64,000 bases of DNA from the IMG/VR virus record IMGVR_UViG_3300044712_000688, positions 32,001-96,000 of that record. One strand, 5' to 3'. The DNA is from a virus. A program made the translations under genes and the position numbers. The notes below the pieces were generated by a model. The model did not search any database and was not told the DNA's origin. It saw only the letters and a list, made by a program, of their open reading frames with translations. Positions 53,029-63,155 of this stretch are shown here, piece by piece; position 1 is the stretch's first letter; each line of letters starts with the position of its first letter.

Positions 53029-55861
53029 CGAACAAGAATTCCTTATGGAAGAGATTTTGACCAAGAATTACGGTGTTCCTACGGAGATCACCGATGAAGA
53101 TCTATTGATGCCTATCGAAGACATCATGTTTGAAGATGATGACATCTACGATGACTCTTGGGAGCCAGACGAGGAAACTTGCCGTCAGCTAGCCGAGCTA
53201 GCGGATTGCGATGACGAAGAATATGCGTCCCTTATTGCTGCTGGTGGCCTAGACCGTAACCGTGGTAACGCAGAGGAGCTTCGCCAGTACTGGACTCGCG
53301 GTAAGGGCGCTGCCAAGATTCGCTGGGGTACCCCTGGCGATTGGACTCGTTGCGTTCGTCAGCTTTCAAAGTACATGGGCCCACGCGCTAAGGGCTATTG
53401 CCAGCTACGCCACAAGGACGCGACTGGTATCTACACTGGTAGCCGATTCAACCCGGGCCGTCGTAATGAAACCTCTAGCCTATATGCAAGCGAAGCTGAG
53501 TTTACCCAGTCGGTTATCGCTCAGGCAGAACTTACTGCTAGAGCGAACCACGCTAGAGAGCGTTTCGGTCTAGTTGCAAGTGCTGGTATGCAACACGGTG
53601 CAAAGTTCAACATTCCTCTACTGATCCCAGAAGACTTGGAGTCAGGAGATGGCCGTAAGTTTGTGAAGGACTCTCTATCAGTTCGAGAGCTTCCACTTCC
53701 ACTTCTATGGCAGATCAAGACCGGCGACGGTCACATGGGGTCTGTGGTGGTTGGACGTATTGATTACGTAGAAAGAACCGAAAACGGTATTGGAAATGCC
53801 TATGGTGTTTTTGATACAGGAGCATATGGTCAAGAAGCAGAGCGTCTAGTACGTAACGGATTTATCCGTGGTGTTTCTGCAGATCTTGACCAGTTCGAAG
53901 CAGAAGAAGATAAGACTGAAAATGCTGAGGACACCGAAGACGTAGGTAAGAAGAAGTTAACCATAAATCACGCCCGTGTAATGGCTGCTACAATTGTAGC
54001 TAAGCCTGCATTCCAAGAATGCACTATCTCTATTGAAGAAAAACCAGCGGGAGACCAGGAGGATGAAGTGATTCCAGTTGACGGAATATATGAAGAATCC
54101 GTCGAACAAGAATTCTCTGGCACATCGCTAGTTGCTTCAGGATTCATTGACGGCGAGATTCCTATGACACCACCAGCAGAGTGGTTCAAGGATCCTAAGC
54201 TAACTAAGCCAACCCCAATCACCGTTGACCCTTCTGGTCGTATCTACGGTCACATTGCAGCTTGGCACGTAAACCACATTGGCATGCCTCGCTCTACCCG
54301 CCCACCTCGCTCAAAGAGCAAGTACGCATACTTCCACACTGGTGTAGTCCGCTGTGCTGACGGAACTGACATGCCAGTGGGACAGTTAACTCTTGCTGGT
54401 GGACACGCACCTCTAACTGCTAACGCTGCTTCTGCAGCTAAGCACTACGACGACACCGCTTCTGCGATTGCAGATGTTCACATGGGTGAAGACGAGTATG
54501 GAATCTGGTGTGCTGGCTCGGTACGTCCAGACGCAACCGAGATGCAGATTCGCGCACTTCGCGCTTCTGCTCCTTCTGGCGACTGGCGTCCAATTAATGG
54601 CTCGCTCGAGCTTGTTGCAGTTTGTCAGGTAAACGTTCCAGGCTTCCCGATTGCTCGCGCAATGGTTGCTTCAGGTAAGGTTATGGCTCTAGTTGCAGCT
54701 GGTGCAAGCATGATGGCAATCATGAAGAGTCAGCACGTAGCAACCCTATCTGAGCGTGCATACAACCTAGCTGAACTTTCAGCTAGCGCCCCAGACCTAC
54801 GTTCTCGTGTAAAGTCTGCAAAGAAGGCTGTAAAGAAGCAGGCTCTAGTTGCTGCTGCTGCTAAGGCAGAAGAACTAAAGACCCGTGCTCTAGTTGCTGC
54901 TGCCGTTGCCGAGCTAGCTAAGTTCTCTGACGAAGAGAGAATGAAGCTTGCTGACAAGGGTCAGGCTCTACCAGATGGTTCGTTCCCAGTGCGCAACGAA
55001 CAGGATCTCCGTAATGCTATCCAAGCATATGGACGTGCAAAGCGAGAGAACCGAGTAGCTGTCCGCAAGCACATTATCAAGCGAGCTAAGGCTCTAGGTA
55101 AGGCATACCTGATTCCAGATGAGTGGAAGTCAGCTGGTTCTACCGAGGCCGCGACAATCGTTGCTTCGATGCGTTCTCGTATCGCAGAATTTGCAGAAGC
55201 CCCGATCAAGGAGATTTCTGACGCAGACCTAAAGAAGCTGAAGGATGTAAAGGCCGAAGCTGACAAGCAGACTGCAGAAGAGATCAAGCTCGCTGAGGAT
55301 ATTCGTACTGGTAAGACTACTGCCAAGGAAGTCTATGACAAAGAAGGTCGTAGCAAGTACACCCCAAAAACCCAACCCCGTGACGCTAAAGGTAAGTACC
55401 GCAAGGTTCTTGCTCGACTAAAGCAGAACCTAGGTGTGGCGGGGCTTCAGAAGGCTTTGGAAAAGGTAGAAAAGGCAGAAAACCTAGAGTTTGCTGGCGA
55501 CTACGTAAACTCAGCCAAGGCTAGTAGCGAGCTACTAGGAATGATTGATCGTCTAGATACTAAGGCCCTAAACCCTAAGTCTCTAGAAAACGTCCGCTCA
55601 ACAGCGGCCGAACTAGGCAAGACAATTGCCAACCTTCCATTGCCATTCGGCAAGGAAGCTCAGAAAGTTAGATTTAGCGATCTACCTGCCGGACTAAAGA
55701 CACTCATCGATGGGATGATTTCTCGAGTCGAAGCAAAGATCGGTAAAGAGGACGCAGATATTGCAACCGCAAATCTGAAGTCCTTCATGTCTGGTGCAGA
55801 TGTCTATTCTCAGGCTGAAATTCAGTCAGAGATGAACACCCTGCTCCGACTCCTTACCTAA
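53021..55861 (+). CDS. Capsid maturation protease-containing multidomain protein
   Basis: SGDGRKF...PLPLLWQ...GH..SVVVGRI, GVSADLD, G.IYGHIAAW, SGDWR; ALPDGSFP.RN..DL.NAI domain; start 53021 coupled to upstream stop. Confidence 0.8.
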   Translation: MANEQEFLMEEILTKNYGVPTEITDEDLLMPIEDIMFEDDDIYDDSWEPDEETCRQLAELADCDDEEYASLIAAGGLDRNRGNAEELRQYWTRGKGAAKIRWGTPGDWTRCVRQLSKYMGPRAKGYCQLRHKDATGIYTGSRFNPGRRNETSSLYASEAEFTQSVIAQAELTARANHARERFGLVASAGMQHGAKFNIPLLIPEDLESGDGRKFVKDSLSVRELPLPLLWQIKTGDGHMGSVVVGRIDYVERTENGIGNAYGVFDTGAYGQEAERLVRNGFIRGVSADLDQFEAEEDKTENAEDTEDVGKKKLTINHARVMAATIVAKPAFQECTISIEEKPAGDQEDEVIPVDGIYEESVEQEFSGTSLVASGFIDGEIPMTPPAEWFKDPKLTKPTPITVDPSGRIYGHIAAWHVNHIGMPRSTRPPRSKSKYAYFHTGVVRCADGTDMPVGQLTLAGGHAPLTANAASAAKHYDDTASAIADVHMGEDEYGIWCAGSVRPDATEMQIRALRASAPSGDWRPINGSLELVAVCQVNVPGFPIARAMVASGKVMALVAAGASMMAIMKSQHVATLSERAYNLAELSASAPDLRSRVKSAKKAVKKQALVAAAAKAEELKTRALVAAAVAELAKFSDEERMKLADKGQALPDGSFPVRNEQDLRNAIQAYGRAKRENRVAVRKHIIKRAKALGKAYLIPDEWKSAGSTEAATIVASMRSRIAEFAEAPIKEISDADLKKLKDVKAEADKQTAEEIKLAEDIRTGKTTAKEVYDKEGRSKYTPKTQPRDAKGKYRKVLARLKQNLGVAGLQKALEKVEKAENLEFAGDYVNSAKASSELLGMIDRLDTKALNPKSLENVRSTAAELGKTIANLPLPFGKEAQKVRFSDLPAGLKTLIDGMISRVEAKIGKEDADIATANLKSFMSGADVYSQAEIQSEMNTLLRLLT

Positions 55862-55882
55862 AAAATAAGGTACAATTAGTGA

Positions 55883-55937
55883 TAGGTGGAGCGCCTCGCA
55901 CATTCCGTGCTGAGTCCCTCAGCCTTGACTGTTCACC
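55883..55937 (+). promoter_or_regulatory. Structured 5' leader of capsid transcript (multi-stem RNA)
   Basis: GGTACAAT -10 at 55869; ggtgga/ttcacc closing stem enclosing gcac/gtgc and gctgag/ctcagc hairpins. Confidence 0.45.
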
Positions 55938-55987
55938 ATGAATGGGATCTTCCTATTCATAAAACCAATACTGGCCTAGGAGGTACA

Positions 55988-58009
55988 GTGTACGACCAGA
56001 TTAAAACACAGCTAGACACCCTGGCTGATCTTAGCGATGAACAACTCGCTGAGCTTCAGACCCAGATTGTCGGCGAGTTTGAATCGATCGATGCTGATGA
56101 ACCAACTTCCGAGTCAGTTGATGCGATGACATCCCTAGCGGATTCCCTTGACATCGTACGTGGTGAGCTTTCTCGTCGCGAGGCCCTCGCTGAAGAGTTA
56201 GCTGCTCGTGCGGCTGAGGCTACTGCCCGTATTAAGGGTGGAGCCGAAGAAGGAGAGGAAATGGCTATGGAAGACATGCCAATCGTAGAAGAGGCCCCTG
56301 TAGAAGAGGCCCCTGTTGAGGAAGCCCCAGTAGAAGAAGCAGAGGAAACTCCTGCTGACGAAGTTACTGAGACTCCTGAAGAGGAAAAGAAGGAAGAGGA
56401 AGAGGACAAGGAAGAGCCTATGAAGGCATCTGCCGAGACCGAAACCACTCCTGAAACTTCAGCATCAATTGACCAGGAATCAGGTTCTGAACTATCGACC
56501 GAATCGGTTGAGACTGTTGACGAGACCATTACTGCAGACGGTTCTGCCGAGGAAGTAGTTGCTGATGAAGCTCCTGCTACCGAAGCTGCCGTAGAAGCAA
56601 CCGAAGCTCCGGCTGAAGTTGTTGTAGAAGCAGTAGAGGGTTCGGAAGCATCAGCCGAAGAAACCACTTTAGAAACATCAACCGCTCTCGTAGAAGAGCA
56701 GAAAGAGCAGGCACTAGTGAGCGCCGCAGCAGAACAGCCTTTCGAGGCTCCAGCTGACCGTCAGCCTGTAGTTCAGGTAACCGAGGCTCCAGTGGCAATC
56801 ACCGCTGGCGCAGACATCCCTGGCTACACCGCAGGCAGCACCATCAACGATATGAACGAAGTAGCTCAGGCTATGGAGAAGCGTATCCACTCGCTACGCC
56901 GTGTAAACGGCGGCGACGGAGAGCAGCACATCGTTGCATCTATCACCACTCAGTACCCAGAAGAGCGTACTCTTACTGCTAACGCAGAAGAGAATGCCCT
57001 CAAGATTGGTAACGTTGTAGGTCAGGACGCACTTGTTGCTTCTGGTGGCCACGCAGCTCCATTCGAGGTCAAGTACGACATCTTCGCAATCGGTTCAACC
57101 ACTGTACGCCCAGTTCGCGATGCACTGCCTCGCTTCCAGGCTGACCGTGGCGGTATCCGCTTTGTGACCCCACCTAGCTTCGCATCTGGTGACTACGCTA
57201 GCGCAGTTGGCGTATGGACCGCAGCTGTTGACGCTGACCCACAGAGCGCTACTAAGACCAGCTTGACCGTTACCGCTGCTCAGGAGCAGACTGTTTCGAC
57301 TGACGCTGTTACCTTGCAGCTACAGTTCGGTAACCTCATGACTCGTGCTTACCCAGAGTTGATTGCTCGCCACAACGAGCTAGCTCTTGTACAGCACGCT
57401 CGCGAGGCAGAGCAGAACCTGCTAAGCAAGATTGGTGACGCTTCGACTGCTGTTACTACCACCAACCTAATCGGTTTTGGTCGTGACTTCCTAGTTCAGA
57501 TCCGTCGTGCAGCTGTTGCTTACCGCTCACGTCACCGCATTGACCCACAGACCCGTCTGAAGGCTATCGTTCCTTCATGGATCTACGAGGCAATGGCAGC
57601 TGACCTAACCCTATCAATGCCTGGTGACGGCACCCTTGCTGTCTCACGCGCTGAGATTGATGGTTACCTTGCAACCGTTAACGTTGACCTAGTGGCTTCG
57701 CTAGACCAGAACGTCTTCGGTGCACAGGGTGCTTCGGCTCTTCTAGAGTTCCCAGACAGCTTCGTTTGGTACCTCTTCGCAGAAGGCACCTTCCTGTTCC
57801 TTGATGGCGGTACTCTTGACCTTGGTATCATCCGTGACTCGTCACTGGTTGGCACCAACGACTACAAGATGTTCACCGAAACCTTCGAGAACGTTGCTAA
57901 GGTCGGTATCGAGGCTCTTAAGATCACCTCGACCATCTCAATCAACGGTGTTGCTGCAGCTCTGCGCGACACCACTGGTGGCACCGCTGCAGCCACCATC
58001 GAGCTCTAA
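55988..58009 (+). CDS. Major capsid protein with acidic N-terminal scaffold-like region
   Basis: AGGAGG RBS, GTG 55988; EEAPV repeats; ALVASGGHAAP start of capsid domain; DLG..RDS.L..TNDY..F.ETFE. Confidence 0.9.
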   Translation: MYDQIKTQLDTLADLSDEQLAELQTQIVGEFESIDADEPTSESVDAMTSLADSLDIVRGELSRREALAEELAARAAEATARIKGGAEEGEEMAMEDMPIVEEAPVEEAPVEEAPVEEAEETPADEVTETPEEEKKEEEEDKEEPMKASAETETTPETSASIDQESGSELSTESVETVDETITADGSAEEVVADEAPATEAAVEATEAPAEVVVEAVEGSEASAEETTLETSTALVEEQKEQALVSAAAEQPFEAPADRQPVVQVTEAPVAITAGADIPGYTAGSTINDMNEVAQAMEKRIHSLRRVNGGDGEQHIVASITTQYPEERTLTANAEENALKIGNVVGQDALVASGGHAAPFEVKYDIFAIGSTTVRPVRDALPRFQADRGGIRFVTPPSFASGDYASAVGVWTAAVDADPQSATKTSLTVTAAQEQTVSTDAVTLQLQFGNLMTRAYPELIARHNELALVQHAREAEQNLLSKIGDASTAVTTTNLIGFGRDFLVQIRRAAVAYRSRHRIDPQTRLKAIVPSWIYEAMAADLTLSMPGDGTLAVSRAEIDGYLATVNVDLVASLDQNVFGAQGASALLEFPDSFVWYLFAEGTFLFLDGGTLDLGIIRDSSLVGTNDYKMFTETFENVAKVGIEALKITSTISINGVAAALRDTTGGTAAATIEL

Positions 58010-58035
58010 TAGTTCGATAAGGCAGTTATCGTTGC

Positions 58036-58059
58036 GGGAGGGTCCTTCGGGGCCCTCCC
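58036..58059 (+). terminator. GC hairpin with UUCG loop after capsid gene
   Basis: gggagggtcc-ttcg-gggccctccc; no U tract, so possibly a stabiliser. Confidence 0.6.
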
Positions 58060-58099
58060 AATACGAGTAAAAATATAGACTTTATTTAGAGGATTTTAA

Positions 58100-59185
58100 A
58101 TGGCCTTCCCAAAGAATGGTGTTATAGCGGCCCCTAAAATTGTGCCGTCAGCGTTCGGCCTACTCGCTGTAGTTGATGTAGAAAACTCAGCTGATGAAGA
58201 CCACTGGATCCGCGGTTTCTCGCAGGAGTGGGAGACGGACCTCTACGCTCTTTACAATGTAGATGAGACCAACAGCCACGAAACTCAGATTGCTGGCGCT
58301 GGCAACGTAAACTACTACGACGAGATCAAGCCTTTCTTCATTGAAGTACAGGAAGATCGTTCAACTCTAGGATTTCTTGGCATTGACCGAATTGCCCGCA
58401 TCTCTCGCCAACTTGAGGCAACTAGCCAGCGTGCAATTGAAGAAGAACTCTGGGACGGTGCAATCCGAATAACCTCTGGCCACGCAAACCGCGCTCTAGT
58501 TTCTTCGGCCTTGACAGTTGTTGATGGCGAGGGCTTATCAGCTAAGCGCTCACTTGCTGCTCTGGAGCATGGAATTGCTCAGGCTTCGCACGCTGGCGAG
58601 CAGGGAATCATCCACGCTACTCGCGATGTTGTTGCTGCTCTTTCAAGCAACAGCCAGATGCTTTTCCACAACAAGATCAAAGACCACCTGCAGACTATGG
58701 GTGGAACTCCGGTTGTTACTGGTTCTGGTTACTCGGGTAATGGTCCTAAGTGGGATGTCCTTACTGCTTCTGTAAATGGCAACAAGTTGATTCTTGTTAC
58801 CAACGGTCGCCACTACTTCCAGAACGGTGACCGTATCTCGCTATCAATTACTAGCGATACTTTAGGCACCGTAACTCTTACTAATGTTGAAGTTACTACC
58901 AACACTGGAACTGAATTTAAAGTTGACTACACTCACGCTAACGTGACTGCAGAAGACGCCACTGGTTATGCTCAGCAACTGGGCACTACCACTGACAAAT
59001 GGATTTACGCCACCGGCACTGTCAAGGTCTACCTAGGCAATGTTGATGTCGTGAACGACAATCTAAGCCAAGCTTACGACGTGTCGGGTAATGCGAATGA
59101 CATGCGTCTCAAAGCAATCCGCCCAGCTGCGGCTTACTTTGATACATCAATCCACCTTGCTGTTCGAGTAGATCTAACAGCCTAA
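58100..59185 (+). CDS. Minor capsid/head protein
   Basis: Position after MCP; FGLL...HW.RG, LWDG, GIIHA, WIYATG.V. Confidence 0.7.
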   Translation: MAFPKNGVIAAPKIVPSAFGLLAVVDVENSADEDHWIRGFSQEWETDLYALYNVDETNSHETQIAGAGNVNYYDEIKPFFIEVQEDRSTLGFLGIDRIARISRQLEATSQRAIEEELWDGAIRITSGHANRALVSSALTVVDGEGLSAKRSLAALEHGIAQASHAGEQGIIHATRDVVAALSSNSQMLFHNKIKDHLQTMGGTPVVTGSGYSGNGPKWDVLTASVNGNKLILVTNGRHYFQNGDRISLSITSDTLGTVTLTNVEVTTNTGTEFKVDYTHANVTAEDATGYAQQLGTTTDKWIYATGTVKVYLGNVDVVNDNLSQAYDVSGNANDMRLKAIRPAAAYFDTSIHLAVRVDLTA

Positions 59186-59204
59186 ACCTAAGGAGAATAG
59201 CTAA

Positions 59205-60353
59205 ATGGCTACTCAAGAATATGCAGCTAGCATCCAGGGTGTGTCTATTCGCGTCACCCGTCTGGATTCTGCTGGAAACTTGATGACTGGTCCAGGAGAC
59301 AGCTATACCACCTCTGCATTCATGCGTATTTCGTTCACCCCAGAATATGAAGAGGGCGACGAAATTACTGAGAAGGGTGCAAACGGTGTTGTATGTGTAA
59401 CCTACAAGGCACCAGACACACTAAAGCGTATCACCATGGAGCTCGCTATCTGTGAGCCAGACCCAGAGCTTTCGGCTCTATTGTCTGGTGGTCTACTGCT
59501 TCGTAAGAACATCGGAACTGCAAATGACCCTAACCTGAAGTCAGTCGGTTGGGCTGCTCCTGGTGTTGGCGATGACCCTGCTGGTAACGGTGTTGCCATC
59601 GAGGCTTGGTCACACGCTGTGAAGGATGGAAAGCGTGCAGGCGTTCTTCCTTACTTCCACTGGGTCTTCCCATACGTGAAGATGCGTCAGTCAGGTGACC
59701 GCGTTATTGAAAACGGTCTACTTGCAAACACCTTCGAAGGCTTCGGTCTTGGTAACCCATCATTCCAGTCTGGTATTGACGGCCGCTGGGAGTTCCCGGT
59801 TGCTGCAGAGCGTCCATACGCTTACGCACGCGCAAGCTGGGCTCCAACTGGTCTGAACGGTTTCTACACTTGGACCGATGGATCTGGACCAGTAGTCTTC
59901 ACTTCGCCTAGCGCCAAGTCGCCTACTACCATCACCCTCAACAGTGCTGCAGGAACTTACGCTGACTCAACTGGTACCGCAACTCTTACCTTCAGCGCTG
60001 CTCACGGTATTTCAAGTGGCGATGTCATTTATGTTCAGAATGTTGGCGCAGCCTTCAATGGTACTTACACTGTAACTACTAGCACTGGAGCCACTGGTTC
60101 TGGCGGTACATACACTGTTAGCTATGTAAGCACTGGCATAACTGAAGCTATCAACAGCTTCACCGTTGGATCTGGTGCCCGCGTAACTGTCACTGACTCT
60201 TTGACAGAGACTAACCCAGCCCCTATCGCTGTGACCAGCGCACAGCTTGGTGCTTCTGTTGGTGACGCAAGCTACAACGTACCTGGTAACATCAACTACA
60301 ACGCCGACAATAACATCGACAACATCATCGTTTCGAACGAATCAGCTGAGTAG
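59205..60353 (+). CDS. Major tail protein
   Basis: SIQG..IRVTRLD..G, ISFTPEYEEG.EI..K.ANG..C, DPEL..LL.G. Confidence 0.85.
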   Translation: MATQEYAASIQGVSIRVTRLDSAGNLMTGPGDSYTTSAFMRISFTPEYEEGDEITEKGANGVVCVTYKAPDTLKRITMELAICEPDPELSALLSGGLLLRKNIGTANDPNLKSVGWAAPGVGDDPAGNGVAIEAWSHAVKDGKRAGVLPYFHWVFPYVKMRQSGDRVIENGLLANTFEGFGLGNPSFQSGIDGRWEFPVAAERPYAYARASWAPTGLNGFYTWTDGSGPVVFTSPSAKSPTTITLNSAAGTYADSTGTATLTFSAAHGISSGDVIYVQNVGAAFNGTYTVTTSTGATGSGGTYTVSYVSTGITEAINSFTVGSGARVTVTDSLTETNPAPIAVTSAQLGASVGDASYNVPGNINYNADNNIDNIIVSNESAE

Positions 60354-60365
60354 TAACTTAAAGTA

Positions 60366-60408
60366 AACGGGTGGCGCACTGGTCTAATGAACTGGTACGC
60401 CACCCGTT
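60366..60408 (+). terminator. Hairpin after major tail gene
   Basis: aacgggtggcg ... cgccacccgtt. Confidence 0.65.
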
Positions 60409-60429
60409 AAACTTATAAGAGAGGTTTAT

Positions 60430-61533
60430 ATGACAAATAACTTTTGGATCCAGCCCGAAGAGCTTGGTGACTACTCTTATACGGAGTTCACAGAGGAAGC
60501 TGTTCACACTGCGTCATACCTTCTCTGGGCCATGTCTGGCCGTAAGTACACTGGTGAAACCACTGTAACTGAGCGTTATACCTGTACCCTGCGTAACAAC
60601 CGTATTGGCCCCTCGACCAAAACCAACTCTCCAGTATTGTTTGGTGGAGACGTTTACAATATTCCTTCTGGCGACTACGACGAGTACTCGGAGCTAACCT
60701 CTGACGGTATGTCACCTGACTCACGCATCCGCTTGCGCGGGCGTCCAGTAACTAAAATTCATGCCATTCGTAACCGACTTGGTAGCATAATTGATCCGTC
60801 GAATTATTACCTTGTAGACCACTCTACAATTCACGTAAAAGCTGGAACTCCTTGGACCCCGTGCAATACTGAGGTCACATACTCATACGGCACCCCTGTT
60901 CCTGCTGTTGGAAAAATGGCAGCTAGAACCCTTGCTATCGAATTCATTAAACTCTGGTCTGATGACGATACATGTCAGCTCCCTCAGCGTGTGACCTCTG
61001 TATCTCGTCAAGGCGTTTCTTACACGATTCTTGATAATCAAGAGTTCATCGAAGAGCTTCGTACTGGCCTTTACGTTATTGATCTTTTCCTAAAGACCGT
61101 AAACCCAGACAATGCTCGACGCAAGTCAAAGGTATTCTCTCCAGACCAACCTCGAGCTAGACGTTACTCTCCGAAAGCCCTTGTACTTACTGCTGATGCC
61201 GACTTTGATTTGGCTCTAGTCAAGGGTGCTTCTGCAAGCTGGACATCTGCCGGACTTGACGTTGATTTAAGTAACTTCCAAGAAGACTGGGACCCGCTAG
61301 TTCAGATCAACAGCTATAGTGGAGTTCGCTCTAGCAATCTAGACAGCTCTGATATCACACTGTCTTCTAACAACACTGTTCTAAGTTTCACCGTTCCATA
61401 CTCAAAAGCTAATTCAACGCTGGGAATGGTTGATCCAGGTTATTGGACTCTTTATGCCACCAAAACAATTGATGGTGTAGAGAACCTAGTAGAGCTTGCT
61501 TCTGGAAACCTCCAGATCAAGATGTATAGCTAA
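60430..61533 (+). CDS. Head-to-tail adaptor
   Basis: AS..LWAMSGRKY, LA.E..K....D.C.LP.RVTSVSRQGVS...LD, TG...IDLFL..VNP. Confidence 0.8.
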   Translation: MTNNFWIQPEELGDYSYTEFTEEAVHTASYLLWAMSGRKYTGETTVTERYTCTLRNNRIGPSTKTNSPVLFGGDVYNIPSGDYDEYSELTSDGMSPDSRIRLRGRPVTKIHAIRNRLGSIIDPSNYYLVDHSTIHVKAGTPWTPCNTEVTYSYGTPVPAVGKMAARTLAIEFIKLWSDDDTCQLPQRVTSVSRQGVSYTILDNQEFIEELRTGLYVIDLFLKTVNPDNARRKSKVFSPDQPRARRYSPKALVLTADADFDLALVKGASASWTSAGLDVDLSNFQEDWDPLVQINSYSGVRSSNLDSSDITLSSNNTVLSFTVPYSKANSTLGMVDPGYWTLYATKTIDGVENLVELASGNLQIKMYS

Positions 61534-61544
61534 GAGAGGTAAAT

Positions 61545-61730
61545 ATGTCAATTCAGACTAATTTCCGTGCTCAGGACATGCTTGGTACTGCTAAGCCTGA
61601 ACCTGTGGTTGCTCCTGCTAAGAAGGTGGCTCCTAAGCCAGCTCCTAAGGTAGAAGCTCCTAAGGTAGAGGAGCCAGTAGTAGAGGTTGTAGCTGAGGCA
61701 GAACCTGTTATTGACGTTGTAGAGGAGTAA
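61545..61730 (+). CDS. Small P/E/V/K-rich protein
   Basis: Low-complexity ORF with RBS. Confidence 0.65.
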   Translation: MSIQTNFRAQDMLGTAKPEPVVAPAKKVAPKPAPKVEAPKVEEPVVEVVAEAEPVIDVVEE

Positions 61731-61732
61731 AA

Positions 61733-62242
61733 ATGACGACGACCGCTATTGACTTTACTGGTGTCGCTGAGGATGCAACAAATCTTCGCGACATGATGGA
61801 AGGTGTACTTGAGCGCGTCCAGTCTATTTTTCAGTCATACAACGTAAATCTTCCTGAACGAAGATATTGGACGATGGGTCAACCAGCTATTGATTGCGAA
61901 CAGCTGGTTGTCTCATTCGTTCAGATGTATTTGGGTGCTCCGGGGGCTCAGGTGGGTGAGCCTCAGCGTTGTCACGTGCCGAGAAGCGCAACCCTAAACA
62001 TAATGATTTCTAGAGCTACACCTATTGTCGGTCAGAATGGTAGGCCACCATCACCACAGAAGATTCAGATAGCTTCTGAAACCTTGGCTTACGATTCATG
62101 GGTTCTAATGGAGTCGGTAAATCTACTGGATCAGTGGGATGAGACTGGCTACGGTATCGGTGTCATTGCTACCTTAGAGGTTGGCGCACCTGAAGGTGGA
62201 TTCCAGACCACAACCATGAGCGTCACAATGGCGGTTCCATAA
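61733..62242 (+). CDS. Tail terminator/head-tail joining protein
   Basis: Position; PAIDCEQL.V, GP.GG-like C-terminal motif. Confidence 0.65.
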   Translation: MTTTAIDFTGVAEDATNLRDMMEGVLERVQSIFQSYNVNLPERRYWTMGQPAIDCEQLVVSFVQMYLGAPGAQVGEPQRCHVPRSATLNIMISRATPIVGQNGRPPSPQKIQIASETLAYDSWVLMESVNLLDQWDETGYGIGVIATLEVGAPEGGFQTTTMSVTMAVP

Positions 62243-62243
62243 A

Positions 62244-62768
62244 ATGCCAGCTTGGGGATTAGTACCAGACAGCCCTTGGATATACGCGGCTCAAAAACTA
62301 GCTCGTAAGGGATCTGTCAGCTATAGGCCTTCTGGTCCTCGAAAAACTGGGCTATCTACATCATTCCGATACAGTAGCTCTAGGGTAATAATTTATAAAT
62401 CAGCCCTGAATTTCGAGACACATGACTCGGCTGGAATGGTCGGTAAGTACTTAAACAAAATTGGCCAGCGCATAGTTAGAGGCGCAAGGCGACAAGTCGG
62501 GGTCCGTACTGGAAATCTGCGTAGAAGTATAGAACTTCAGCATATTGTGTTTAGAGAGGGTGCGGCCATAAAAGTCGGATCGCGACTAAATTATGCATAT
62601 ATGCACCATGAGGGAACTAAGCCTCACGTTATTACACCTAATCCACCTAACACAGTTTTAGTGTTTGGTAAGGGAACTAGGGTTATACACGCAAGGGCAG
62701 TTAACCACCCAGGTGCCAAACCAAATAGATATCTCTCTGATCAACTCAGAATCCATATAAGAGGGTAA
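62244..62768 (+). CDS. HK97 gp10-like tail/neck component
   Basis: ARRQVGVRTGNLRRSI...YA..HHEGTKPH.I.P...VNHPG..PN.YL. Confidence 0.75.
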   Translation: MPAWGLVPDSPWIYAAQKLARKGSVSYRPSGPRKTGLSTSFRYSSSRVIIYKSALNFETHDSAGMVGKYLNKIGQRIVRGARRQVGVRTGNLRRSIELQHIVFREGAAIKVGSRLNYAYMHHEGTKPHVITPNPPNTVLVFGKGTRVIHARAVNHPGAKPNRYLSDQLRIHIRG

Positions 62769-62819
62769 AATAGAAGTACTGCTATTTGGCAGGAACAAGA
62801 AAGAAAGACATAAAATAAT

Positions 62820-63155
62820 ATGACTAAATTCAAGGACTTTGGTAGTGGTCCAGACCTTACCAACGTAGAGCCAATTACCTTCGCAATTCACGGTGAAAAT
62901 TTTGAATGCAAGAAGGCCGTGCCTGGAAAGCTTTTGCTTGATTTGGTGGCTAAGTCAAAGTCAGCTGACCCAGCTGAAGCAGCCGGAACTATTGATCAGT
63001 TCTTCTCAAAGGTGCTTGTAGCGGAAAGCTACGAGCGGTTCAATGCACTTCTCGAAGATGCTGACCGAATTGTCACAGTAGAGCAGCTTGGTGACATCAC
63101 TGGTTGGGTTGTGGAGCAGTTCAGCGAACGCCCGGAAGAGCAGCCAGAGGCTTAG
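62820..63155 (+). CDS. Tail assembly chaperone
   Basis: Upstream of tape measure; KFKDFG, ends ERPEEQPEA. Confidence 0.8.
   Translation: MTKFKDFGSGPDLTNVEPITFAIHGENFECKKAVPGKLLLDLVAKSKSADPAEAAGTIDQFFSKVLVAESYERFNALLEDADRIVTVEQLGDITGWVVEQFSERPEEQPEA

Noticed and set aside
63104-63155. Tail chaperone frameshift as a novelty
   Set aside because: Standard feature of long-tailed phages; the exact slippery site is also not canonical here
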